In this document: piece after piece, positions 1 to 8,934 of the stretch | Position numbering within the stretch: the stretch's first letter is position 1 | Layout: every line of letters begins with the position of its first letter | Assembly (NCBI RefSeq): GCF_006345805.1 | Contig: NW_021826942.1 | Span: forward strand, 1 to 10,621 | Reading direction: 5' to 3' | Source: Octopus sinensis | Lineage: Eukaryota | DNA: 10,621 nucleotides | Translations under genes and position numbers: made by a program | The notes under the pieces: model-generated | Told to the model about the DNA's origin: nothing | Databases searched by the model: none | Seen by the model: the letters and a program-made list of their open reading frames with translations, nothing else

Positions 1-204
1 AACACACACACACACACACACATATTTATATACACATATACGACAGGCTTCTTTCAGTTTCCGTCTACGAAATCTACTCACAAGGCTTTGGTCGGCCCGA
101 GGCTATAGCAGAAGACACTTGCCCAAGATGCCACGCAGTGGGACTGAACCCGGAACCATGTGGTTGGTTAGCAAGCTACTTACCACACAGCCACTCCTGC
201 GCCT
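1..204 (-). mobile_element. tRNA-derived CORE-type SINE (octopus OR-like family), 5' head; runs into its internal (TA/TG)n tract and off the window
   Basis: Reverse complement reads aggcgcaggagtggctgtgtggtaag (A-box-like), gggttcagtccc (B-box-like), then gtggcatcttgggcaagtgtcttct, resembling the CORE/MIR motif gtgaccttgggcaagt. Clear paralogue at 348-470 on the opposite strand. Family name is from memory. Confidence 0.85.
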
Positions 205-347
205 ATATATATATATACATACATAATTATAGAACTGTTTCATTCCATACATAATTATATATATAATACACACACACATGCACACAAGTGTGTCATATGT
301 TCCCTTTTTTGCCGTTTTTTATTTACTCCTGAAAATATTATGTATAG

Positions 348-650
348 AGGCGCAGGAGTGGGTGTGTGGTAAGTAGCTTGCTTACCAACACACATGGTTC
401 TGGGTTCAAGCCCACTGCGTGGCAGCTTTAGCGAGTGTCCTCTATTATAGCCCTCGTCGTAGACGGAAACTGAAATCAACTGGCGCTGCTGTGTTTCCGT
501 CCCCGTAAGCTAGCAGTTCGAGTAAACCGACCGATACAATAAACATGATGCTTACTCCGAATAAGCTTTGGCTGGGGTCGATTTACCCGACTAAAGGCGG
601 TGCTCCATCATAGCTGCATTCAAAGCACTGGAACAAATAAAGAGAATAAC
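348..650 (+). mobile_element. Same SINE family, near full length with internal deletions
   Basis: Head aggcgcaggagtgggtgtgtggtaag, B-box gggttcaagccc (402-413). Lacks a 27-nt segment present in copy 1 (ggccgaccaaagccttgtgagtagatt). Tail ctggggtcgatttacccgactaaaggcggtgctcc...gaacaaataaagag matches the inverted copy at 729-861. Confidence 0.85.
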
Positions 651-651
651 G

Positions 652-675
652 TATATATATATATATATATATATA

Positions 676-708
<33 letters not shown>
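652..708. repeat. (TA)n microsatellite between two SINE tails
   Basis: Near-perfect TA run with a single C interruption. Confidence 0.97.
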
Positions 709-714
<6 letters not shown>

Positions 715-728
715 TTATATATACTCGT

Positions 729-861
729 TACTCTTTTTTACATGCTTCAGTCATTGACTGCGGCCATACTGGAGCACCGCTTTAGTCGAAGAAATCTACC
801 CCAGGACGTATATTTTGTAAACCTTGTTTTTATTGCATCGATCCATATTGTCGAACCGCTA
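729..861 (-). mobile_element. Same SINE family, 5'-truncated 3' part
   Basis: Reverse complement agcggttcgac...gtcctggggtagatttcttcgactaaagcggtgctccagtatggccgcagtcaatgactgaagcatgtaaaaagagta aligns with about 510-650. Confidence 0.8.
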
Positions 862-1530
862 TTTATAAACTCGAAATTAGACGCCTTAGTAACAGCGTCT
901 TCACCTAGTCATTCGATATGCACAACGTAAGAGGCAAGTATTCTCACAAAAGACACAAGACTGCTTTAAGATAGGTGACACAGTAGTTTATTCTGTCTTG
1001 TAAACACAATGCCTGGGAACAAATTACGTGATGGATTGAACTGGAATGTCTTTAATCACAAATATTGACATTCACAGTTAACCAGGGGCTAAATAATATG
1101 AGTCGAGGGAAGAACGCTGTCTTTCCTTAAGATAAAATCACTCTTTTCTCTACATGAGAATATCGTTGGTTGTTTCTTTCGATTAGATTGTGTAGAATCA
1201 GAGTAGACATTACGTTGGCAAAGTAAAAGGTCAAACGTCTATTTTCCTCATTTTCTGTGACAACACAGCATTGATCTCTATTGTAACCTCTGGATATTTT
1301 GCTTCTTTTAGCTGATTGGATTTTCAACAGCGGCTTTTGTGTCAATCGGGCAACGTGGACGCTTAAGTTCTCTTCCACGCAAGTATCCTTATGTAACATA
1401 TAGATACAGATTCATATTCACACCGCTCCAGAGAGAGGAAGAGACAATTACAAGGGTAGACACACACTCACACAGGCATATATATGAAATGTGCGCGTGT
1501 ATGTATATATGTATATATATATATATATAT

Positions 1531-1661
1531 ACAGAGAGAGAGTGAAAGAGAAAGAGAGAGAGTGTGAAAGAGAGAGAAAGAGAAAGAGAAAAAGAGAGAG
1601 TCAGAGAGAAAGGGAAAGGTAGAGAGATAACGATATAGAGATATATAGATATGTAGACAGG

Positions 1662-1750
<89 letters not shown>

Positions 1751-1942
1751 GGATAGACAGCTAGACATACAGAGAAGCAGACAGACAGATAGGTATATAA
1801 AGAGATAGATATATATAGATCGATAAATATATAGATTGATTGATAGATGAATCGATCGCTAGATAGATAAATAAATAGATAGATAGATAGATAGATAAAT
1901 AGATAGATTACTAAATAGATAGATAGATAGATACATAGATAT

Positions 1943-2022
<80 letters not shown>

Positions 2023-2040
2023 CACAATGTATACATACAT
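1531..2040. repeat. Compound (AG)n / (GATA)n satellite block
   Basis: Purine-rich (GA/GAAA) tract 1531-1630, perfect (GATA)n about 1662-1750, degenerate spacer, second (GATA)n array about 1860-2022. Confidence 0.97.
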
Positions 2041-2481
2041 ACATGTGTTTTTCTCACATACCTACGCAACCACTACTCTGGAAATATCTTATCTTTTACA
2101 GAACTTTTATTCCTGCACAAATTCCTGCGCCCCATATATTCATTTTTTATAATTTCATTCTTTTTTCTTTCCTAGTATTTTTTCTAATCTCTTTGCTCTC
2201 TTCTTTCTATTCAGAATCGTTTTCATTTCCTTCTTCATTTTTTACTTTTTGTCTATTTGTTTTGTATACCACTTTCTGAAGCAGGGTGAATGTCTTGCGC
2301 CGATGATTTTTGACTATTATACTTCTATGTGGTGTTAATCGACTGCTATTCCATTTCTTTTCTCTCCTGACTATTAGTACTTTTACTCGCCAATCATAAT
2401 ATAATCGACATTCTACTCTGTAATTTAAATACCATACAAAAGATCATTCTGCAAGCAAATACTCAACGTCCACATCTATAC

Positions 2482-2485
<4 letters not shown>

Positions 2486-2526
<41 letters not shown>

Positions 2527-2636
2527 TATATATAATCATATGTTATTTATATATATATATATATAGATATATATATATATATATAATATATATATATATG
2601 TAAATATATATACATATATATACTTATATATATATA
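2486..2636. repeat. Interrupted (TA)n microsatellite
   Basis: Direct reading of the sequence. Confidence 0.95.
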
Positions 2637-2638
2637 CA

Positions 2639-2853
2639 AGGCGACGAGCTGGCAGAGATGTTAGTACGCGGGCAAAATGCTTAGCGGGTTTCGTCTGTCG
2701 TACGTTCTGAGTTCAAATTCCACCGAGGTCGACTTTACCTTTCATCCTTCGGATGCAACAGTTACTCACTGGGGTCGATGTAATCGACTTGATCCCTTTG
2801 TCTGTCCTTGTTTGTCCCCTCTATGTTTAGCCACTTGTGGGCAATAAAGAAAT
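2639..2853 (+). mobile_element. Second tRNA-derived SINE family (octopus-type; central part resembles a Meta/MESC-like domain)
   Basis: A-box-like tggcagagatgttag, B-box-like gagttcaaattcc, central gaggtcgactttacctttcatccttcgg, tail ctggggtcgatgtaatcgacttgatcc...gggcaataaagaaata followed by (TA)n. Embedded between TA runs. Domain assignment is from memory. Confidence 0.8.
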
Positions 2854-2944
2854 ATATATATATATATATATATATGGTGAATGGCGATTTGACGTCTATA
2901 TCTAGCATGTTGACTGTCCACTTTTCGTGTTCAGTCCTTAATTG

Positions 2945-3051
2945 GTATATATATATATATATATATTATATACAGAGAGAGAGAGAGGTAGAGAGGGGAA
3001 GAGTGGGAGAAAGGGCGAGGGAGGGAGTATATATACTTATACATATATACA
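2945..3051. repeat. Compound (TA)n/(GA)n microsatellite
   Basis: Direct reading of the sequence. Confidence 0.9.
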
Positions 3052-3397
3052 TTCATGAAGATCGGTATTACTAATGCTTTCAAAAATAGCAAATTATGTG
3101 CAATCGTTTGGTTACCAAGTATCGTCTTCAACTTGCAAAAAGTTTCTCTAATTCAGAATATTTAGACATTAGTTAAAATGTGTGTATTTTGTGTGTGTGT
3201 TCATGCCTGTGTTTCTTCCCCATTACTGCTTCATCAGTGCTGCAAAGTGCAACTATTTTTCTTGTGTAGATATAGGTTTAAGGACTTCTCGTGTTTCAGT
3301 ATGATTTTTTTTTTACTCGGAATTTTGGGGTTAATAGCCCGCGCCCTTAATCACAGCGTCATATTTCTGTGGGCAATTATGGAGTAAATTTTAGGGC

Positions 3398-3610
3398 TTA
3401 TAAATCTAATATTTTCCTAACCTTCCTCAATACCGGTTCCCATATGCTACTCATATCTGCACTCGGTCTCCTTCGGAGGTTGTTTTGTCCTAGCATATGC
3501 GCTGCTTCTTTTAGTTTTCGTATTTTGAAGTGGTGTTCTCTCTCTATTAACATCCCCTGTGGAATGAAGATAATAGTGTGTTTAGGACGGAGTGAAAACG
3601 CTAAGATGTG
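3398..3610 (-). mobile_element. Penelope-like element fragment: C-terminal end of the GIY-YIG endonuclease ORF
   Basis: Minus-strand translation ...KHTIIFIPQGMLIEREHHFKIRKLKEAAHMLGQNNLRRRPSADMSSIWEPVLRKVRKILDL* (stop 3398-3400). It fits the PLE C-terminal pattern H-x-I-x7-L-x2-E...RKxKEAxxI...SxIWxPxL. The YIG motif and RT are absent. Confidence 0.7.
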
Positions 3611-3849
3611 ATGAATATAAATATTTCTTGCTAGTTCAAATATGATTGAGGCATGTTCAAACCGGTAAGAAGGTGTTCGGTGTATTTTTTCATTCAGAGA
3701 ATGTAGACGAATAGATATAAGTACAGTGTTTCAGGTTACAGTGTTACCTAACCAGAGTTCAAGCGCTCATCCATTTCAGAGTGGTTATTTCCTCTTCAGC
3801 AACAGAGACCGGAAAAACAGATGCTGTGAACTAACACAAGTGACTTCTA

Positions 3850-3924
3850 CTATATATGTGTTTGTGTGTATATGTATGTATATATGTATGGATGTATCTA
3901 TATATCTATATATCTATATCTATA

Positions 3925-3994
<70 letters not shown>

Positions 3995-4117
3995 CGCATA
4001 TATATGTACATGGAAATAATTATACATTATATATCATATATGCTTACTATATATCTGCTGTGGTGTATATGTATGTATGTAAATATGTATGTATCTATCT
4101 ATCTATCTATCTATATC

Positions 4118-4149
<32 letters not shown>

Positions 4150-4219
4150 TAATATATTTTATTATATAATATATAGAGAGAGAGAGACTATATATATATA
4201 TTTAATAAATATATACATG

Positions 4220-4252
<33 letters not shown>

Positions 4253-4400
4253 ATGGTACATGTACATATATATGTATATATATATACGCTTATATATACA
4301 CACGGGGAAACAGGAATCTTACACATATATGTATATGTGTATTCTTACAAGTGTTTGCGTGTGTGTGTGTGTGTGTGTATGAGTGAGCGGAAGTGTATGC
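3850..4400. repeat. Long compound microsatellite (TA, TC, TATC, GA, TG)
   Basis: Direct reading; explains ORFs 3726..4019, 3856..4146 and 3866..4429. Confidence 0.95.
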
Positions 4401-4959
4401 ACGTGCGTGTAAATGTTTCAAAAATTTAGAAACGTGTCCATTGAACTCGAAAATGTTCGCCATAACACCATCAAAATATACGGCTAGATTTTATCATTAA
4501 ATTTATATCGAGAAGAGTGGCGATTCTCATAAATACGTAAATAGTGGGAGAGTTAAAACATTTGGCAAGAAAACATTCCAAGAATTCCACTTAAAACAAA
4601 CGCAAACCTACCATTATGTCAGTCAGTTAGAAGATTTTTCGACTACAAAATATATTACATTGAAAGCATCCAAAACTGGTGCCTGAGAATGTGATATATA
4701 AAAATATATACGTATGCATATATTTATATTCTGCCCTGAGTATATATACATGTGTGTGCGTGTGTGTGTCTGTACGTGCCTCTGTGTGTGTATGTGTGTT
4801 CTTTGGTGAATTGGTGTAAGGATACATAAACCAGAACGAATGCGCTTATTCAGGTGTGCGTGTCTTTCTGTCTATGTGTGATAGTCGCCTCTCTGTAGGA
4901 TAGGTACAACATAGGTTTGAGATGATTATGTGTTTAACAACACTTTTTCCATGATTATG

Positions 4960-5321
4960 TTTACACACACACACACAGACATACATATACATATATGTAT
5001 ATATACATATATATATATGTATATGTATATAAAAACACACATATATATATATATAGATATACATATATACTTACATATGAATATACATACACACATATAA
5101 ATATATACCTATACATGTACATATATATATATATATATATATACATATGTATAATCATGTATATACACGCAGATGTTATATATAGATATATCTGTGTATG
5201 AGTACGCGCAGCTCTCGTATATGTATATAGGCAAACAACATATATATGCATATATCAGTATGCATATATATGCATATATGTATATATATATAATATATTA
5301 TATTATATATATATCTAGATA

Positions 5322-5382
<61 letters not shown>

Positions 5383-5660
5383 ATATATATAAGTCAATAT
5401 ATATATAATATATGTATATACATGTGTTTTGTATGAATATGATATATTAGTGTGTGTATGTGTATAGGTGCGTGTAAAAATACATATATATGTATATATA
5501 TACATGTATATATATATATATATACATACACAATGTTGCTGTTAAACTTTTTCAGTGTGTCTGTGTTTCTGCATGTGTGTGTGTACGTGAGTGTTTATGT
5601 GTGTGTGCGGGCGTGTTCATGTGTGTGTGTGTTGGTGTGTCTGATTTTTTTTATGCGTGT
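4960..5660. repeat. Long compound (CA)/(TA)/(TG) low-complexity tract
   Basis: Direct reading; explains the I/Y/C/V-rich ORFs here. Confidence 0.95.
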
Positions 5661-6967
5661 GTGTCTATAAACATTAAAGCAATGAAGTGAGAAGGAAAGA
5701 TTGAATCAATGAGGAGAACCAGTAAGAGAGAAATATTTAAGAAAAAACAATTTCAAGAAATCTCTCTAAATCATGAAAGGTGAAAGAATATTTCCTTACA
5801 ATCGGAGAAATAGAGAAAAATTCTGTAAAATGAAATAAAAAAAAAGGAAACATAAAATGGAAAATCTCTGCAAAGATAAATTTGGCAGAAAGAAAGAATT
5901 GCTATAACAGTTATTTTCAAATAATGTTTTGGAATCGAAAAATAACTAAAAAAAAGATTTCTAGCTATTCTTCGTTTTACATCTATATAAATAATATTTA
6001 TAATGTATATCACAGTTCTTTGATAGAGTAGAATATAAGGTAGAAACACAAGTTTTGTTATTTACTGCAGCAGTGTGCGTTCGAAAATGTTGAGCCCATC
6101 CAAAAGAGAAAAAAAAAACGATAGAAAATTATATATAATTTTTCCGCATTTCTCCCTGCGACAGGAAGCGAAGGACTGATTTCAGATTTATTTATGCCAT
6201 TTAATCAGATAACACAAATTTAGTGGCCCTTCAGCAGAAAATTTGCAAAAACAGTCATTGATATGAATGTATTCACTGACCCGAAAAGCCCGTTTCGCAT
6301 AAATAACGCTCTGCCTGCATCTTATCCAGTTTTGTCCCTAATACAGGAAAATTGTTCTTCTTAGTTCTGCTCTCATATTGTACGAGATCCAAGTCTTCCT
6401 TTCTGTGAGAAGATACTGATAAGAAATATATTATCTACACTGGATGAGTTGCATAACACATAACACAATTAACTACATCTATATTGAATATGAGATCGTC
6501 GTTATATCTCCATATGTTTCTCTATAATCAAAACATCTTTGATAAGACTGGAGAACGATATATCTTCCAACCGTGTTTGTTATAAATATAATTATTTAAG
6601 TATGCATGATTTTCCATTCTTCTTTATGGTGTATGGATTATTTACGCCATGTGCTGTATAAAACCTATAAAAGCAAACTTAGGGTCTACTTATCGAGTGA
6701 AGTCCCGTATTATTGTTTATCTTATTCCTGTATCACTTGCTATGGTTAGCTAGATATGGATTATATTAGAATGTTAATCCTGCTCGGATTCCAAATCTGT
6801 ATCACTTATCATGTATTTGTGTCATTATTCAGTTTTATTTTAAGATTTTTTGTCAATACAAAAAGAGCCGGGTTCTAACTTAGATTCAAGACCCCTTCTT
6901 TGAATTTCAACATCAAAAAGGTATATATGCATGAATGTGTATGCCCAAATTTGTATATTTTGTGTAA

Positions 6968-7118
6968 TGAATGAATGCATGTATGTATGTATGTAAGTAT
7001 GGATGGATGGATGGATGGATGGATGGATGGATGGATGGATGGATGGATGGATTTATGTATGTACGTATGTTGAATGTATGTATGCATGTATGTTTGTGTG
7101 TGTTTAAGTATGTATGTA
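6968..7118. repeat. (GGAT)13 core (7001-7052) within (GTAT)n
   Basis: Direct reading of the sequence. Confidence 0.95.
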
Positions 7119-7119
7119 C

Positions 7120-7412
7120 TCCACTTTTTTGGCCACTATCCCAAGGGGTGGAACAGTCAGGTATCTCCTCTAAATATTCATATCAAGAGCAACCGTCATC
7201 AGATTTTCCGGCTGGATTCTCAAGCGTGAATACTTTTGAGACTATGGCTTTTATCCATCGTTTTCTAGGCCCAATCCTAGGACTTCTGTTGGTTAGTATG
7301 ACCTGAACAATGCGTCTTTCCCAAGACAGTCTAATCGCATGTCTGTAGTACAGGATCGGTGTCCTGTAAATCGGGACAATCAGCAGCTCGACATGGAGAC
7401 ATTTCCGATCTC
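7120..7412 (-). mobile_element. Probable RTE-clade LINE 3' fragment
   Basis: Minus frame ...[39 protein letters not shown]... resembles the RTE C-terminal L-x-(W/Y)-x-G-H-x-x-R...R-P-R-G-R-P-R-K-R-W-x-x-x-I motif (the G codon is one base from the observed AGA). A tetranucleotide tail follows, as is typical of RTE 3' ends. Motif recall only. Confidence 0.5.
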
Positions 7413-7814
7413 TGAAATTACATGTAGACATATTCATTTACATCATCAGTGTGTGTGTTGGTGATTAAGAGGTCGATTAAAAAGATTCGGTGGAATTACA
7501 AAAAAAATTGTTGCGTGGTGACGTCTTCGTTTGTGCATAGCGTGAGATCAATTCCTACCGTCTTTAACATTGCTTTAAATGTTTCAATGTCGGCAAAAGC
7601 ATTACAGCAAAGACCTATCAATATTTTCCACTCTTCCTTTTGGTTTGTTTCTCTTATCTAGTATCTGAAAGAAAGGAAGGTTGTCAAACTGGTTATTCTC
7701 ATTCAGATCAGAAGATCGAAGATCGAAGACGAACGGAAGATTACAAACATTTCAAAACATTGTGGTCAAACCACCCCAATAGTCGTCTGCTTGCGTGAAA
7801 TGGCATATTGACAT

Positions 7815-7994
7815 ATGCGTATATCTGTATGTATAACTGTGTTTATGCATATGTATTTATGCCTATATAATATACGTACACACATATACCTGCACACACA
7901 TATATACATATATATATGAGTGTGTGTGGATGTATGTATGGGTGTGTATATATATATATATATGGATCTATATATATGGATGTATGGGTGTGTG

Positions 7995-8023
<29 letters not shown>
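7815..8023. repeat. Compound (TA)/(CA)/(TG) microsatellite
   Basis: Direct reading of the sequence. Confidence 0.9.
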
Positions 8024-8026
<3 letters not shown>

Positions 8027-8218
8027 ATTTACCTTGCATTTACTTCGCATCGTTTTGGCCTTACCCACGATCCTTTATACAATCTATTCTACACAAAGCT
8101 TCATAGCAAATTTCCATATATTTACATACATGCATGTCTGTCTATGGATATTTATACAAGCATATACGAAATATATATACTCTAGAATAAAATGTAAATT
8201 GAAAAGGAATAATTAAAA
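8024..8218 (+). repeat. 195-bp solo copy of the PLE 3' tail, inverted relative to 8595-8789
   Basis: Manual alignment to the reverse complement of 8595-8789 gives 8 mismatches and no gaps (about 96%). Both copies end at the same base (...ggaataattaaaa). AATAAA at 8186-8191. Confidence 0.95.
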
Positions 8219-8819
8219 GTGTGTGTTTGTGTGTGGAATATTTAATGTTAAGCTGAATGAATTGATAGTAACGTCGACTGATAACATTGTTTACAGAATT
8301 AATACCCAAGTATTCTCTCATTTCACTGATGTAAAATCTATAAATTTTTTAATCCTTTAGATTACCGTATCGCAGAGCCAAATCCCTATTCCTAGTGCCA
8401 AATTAAGTTTTGGTAGTATGTCTTCTAGTTAATATGAGTACTAAAACATTCCATTCTGTCATGCATTTCTAATTAGATACATATTTGTTTGCCTTCTAAA
8501 CTAATAACATGAAATATGTTGTCATTAGTAATTATTTATCACGTTTGTAAAATATAATGAATATATTTCGACCAATTCTCTTTTGTGTATAAATTTTTAA
8601 TTATTCCTTTTCAATTTACATTTTATTCTTGAGTAGATATATTTCGTATATGTTTGTATAAATATCCATAGACTGACATGCATGTATGTAAATATATGGA
8701 AATTTGCTATGAAGCTTTGTGTAGAATATATTGTATAAAGTATCGTGGGTAAGGCCAAATCCATGCGAAGTAAATGCAAGGTAAATCACGAGAAAACAAA
8801 TATGTGAATTAATGTAGAG

Positions 8820-8870
8820 ATATTTTGTGTTCAATATTTCGAGGTCATGACTCCATTTTCAAGAAAATAT
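8820..8870 (-). ncRNA. Minimal type I hammerhead ribozyme-like motif (PLE-associated), U3:A8 core variant
   Basis: Sense RNA: AUAUUUUC-UUGAAAA-U-GGAGU(CAUG)ACCUC-GAA-AUAU-U-GAACACAAAAUAU. It shows a core with U3/A8, stem II with one A-C mismatch, GAAA, a palindromic AUAU stem III and stem I of 3+5 bp with a 5-nt bulge. Folded by eye; activity unknown. Confidence 0.55.
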
Positions 8871-8934
8871 ACGAATAGTACCGATGTGCATGCGTGTGAG
8901 CTAGTATGAAGTGGACATGCACGGAAAGGCGTTG

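Noticed and set aside
348-415. A/B boxes as a tRNA gene (also 2645-2725)
   Set aside because: No cloverleaf or acceptor stem; these are SINE heads.
1127-1545. ORFs 1127..1399 (-) and 1339..1545 (+) and nearby acceptor-like sites
   Set aside because: No recognisable protein motif and no convincing donor/acceptor pair.
3211-3237. CUGAUGA...GAAAC on minus strand about 160 nt after the small PLE ORF stop
   Set aside because: The position suits a pLTR hammerhead, but I cannot form stem I, II or III; at best a heavily decayed remnant.
600-5690. Many ORF-track entries rich in I/Y/C/V/L/S (e.g. 3866..4429, 187 aa)
   Set aside because: They are translations of (TA)n, (TG)n, (TC)n and (GATA)n repeats, which lack stops in some frames; no domain content.
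6281-6402. Possible 122-nt minus-strand exon (cttctcacAG ... GTCAGT; KEDLDLVQYESRTKKNNFPVLGTKLDKMQAERYLCETGFS)
   Set aside because: Splice sites are plausible but common in AT-rich DNA, and the peptide is unrecognised. The opposite-strand TDPKSPFRINNAL resemblance to M13 peptidases is bounded by stops and too weak.
7180-7205. CUGAUGA in the RTE-like fragment
   Set aside because: No stem II or GAAA follows; chance heptamer.
7704-7741. Short tandem GAAGATC repeats
   Set aside because: Two perfect and three degenerate units; ordinary slippage, with no spacers, so not CRISPR-like.
8034-8779. Matching 60-aa ORFs at 8034..8216 (+) and 8597..8779 (-)
   Set aside because: They start at TTG, lie wholly within the duplicated PLE tail, and match only because the DNA is 96% identical.
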